Of a DNA stretch of 64,000 nt, positions 63,401 through 64,000 are shown piece after piece. The position numbers and the translations under genes are program-made. Position 1 is the stretch's first letter, and every line of letters starts with the position of its first letter. The notes under the pieces were generated by a model, which was not told the DNA's origin, searched no databases, and worked only from the letters and a program-made list of their open reading frames with translations. The stretch covers positions 86,921,567 through 86,985,566 of the forward strand of contig JASCQW010000190.1 in NCBI GenBank assembly GCA_030264375.1, written 5' to 3'. This stretch comes from Carcharhinus longimanus. Its lineage: Eukaryota.

Positions 63401-64000
63401 ATTCTCTCCGTGTTTTCTGCGTGTGGCGCCGTTCTCTCAGATAGTGAACACAAGCTGAGAATTGCCCAAAAAAGTCTGTTGCTAGAGTATAGAGCTGTGC
63501 AGATCGGGAAACCACACGTGACTTACTTGGACCTTTGAATTTCCATGTGTAATATTCACATCGGTCCCGTGAGTCCTTTTGGGTATTGAGCAGGTGTATA
63601 ATTGTGTTGTGTATTCTTGGGTATGAAATTTCATTTAAAGCTCAGTTTACCTGAACGTGATAATTAGGCATTAAGATTACCTGCATTAAATTGAACATGA
63701 ATGAATAGCTTTGTATGACTTTCCATGTCTAAAACTTAATAACGAATCCGCCATAGTGCTTACAGCATATGCAGCAATTTTGAGATCGTTCTTGGAGAGA
63801 TCATACTCAATTCATTTGAGGTTTGAAACTGCCAGTGGTAAGTGGAAACTTATATCCCTGCTTGATTTGGAGAGTGGTTCCATAATGAAGTGCAGCTTCT
63901 ATTCTATTCAGTCATCTTGTTTAGAGATGTACGTTTAATCCAAGGCTGTATTTTACCATTTTGTTTATTTACTTGAAGAAAGATTATGTTTTCATCTAGT

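Overview
This window is vertebrate nuclear DNA, almost certainly from an elasmobranch (shark or ray), judged by HE1-type tRNA-derived SINEs, CR1/HER1-type LINEs and a Deu-domain SINE. It holds two intron-containing genes in tandem on the + strand. The first is RBM41, a minor-spliceosome RRM protein and RNPC3/65K paralogue, with six coding exons recovered between 1159 and 10977, two of them running into N gaps. The second is a MORC3/4-type GHKL ATPase, most likely MORC4, with coding exons 1-4 at 16309-16347, 16451-16523, 56312-56444 and 60216-60433. Its intron 2 is about 39.8 kb long, and intron 4 opens with a U12-type AT-AC donor (ATATCCTTT). The rest is repeat-rich intron or intergenic DNA: CR1, Rex1/Babar-like and Penelope-like retroelements, a decayed Ty3/Gypsy pol, SINEs and PIF/Harbinger-like MITEs. 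The most notable unexplained signals are: an array of TGTACGG motifs at about 30-bp spacing upstream of MORC4; a second CCAAT/CHR/ETS promoter-like module inside MORC4 intron 2; an exon-shaped, stop-containing segment in frame with exon 2 (candidate poison exon or pseudo-exon); and a fossil antisense Myb/SANT-like exon that may belong to a decayed autonomous Harbinger element. All calls come from reading the sequence by eye; no database searches were run.
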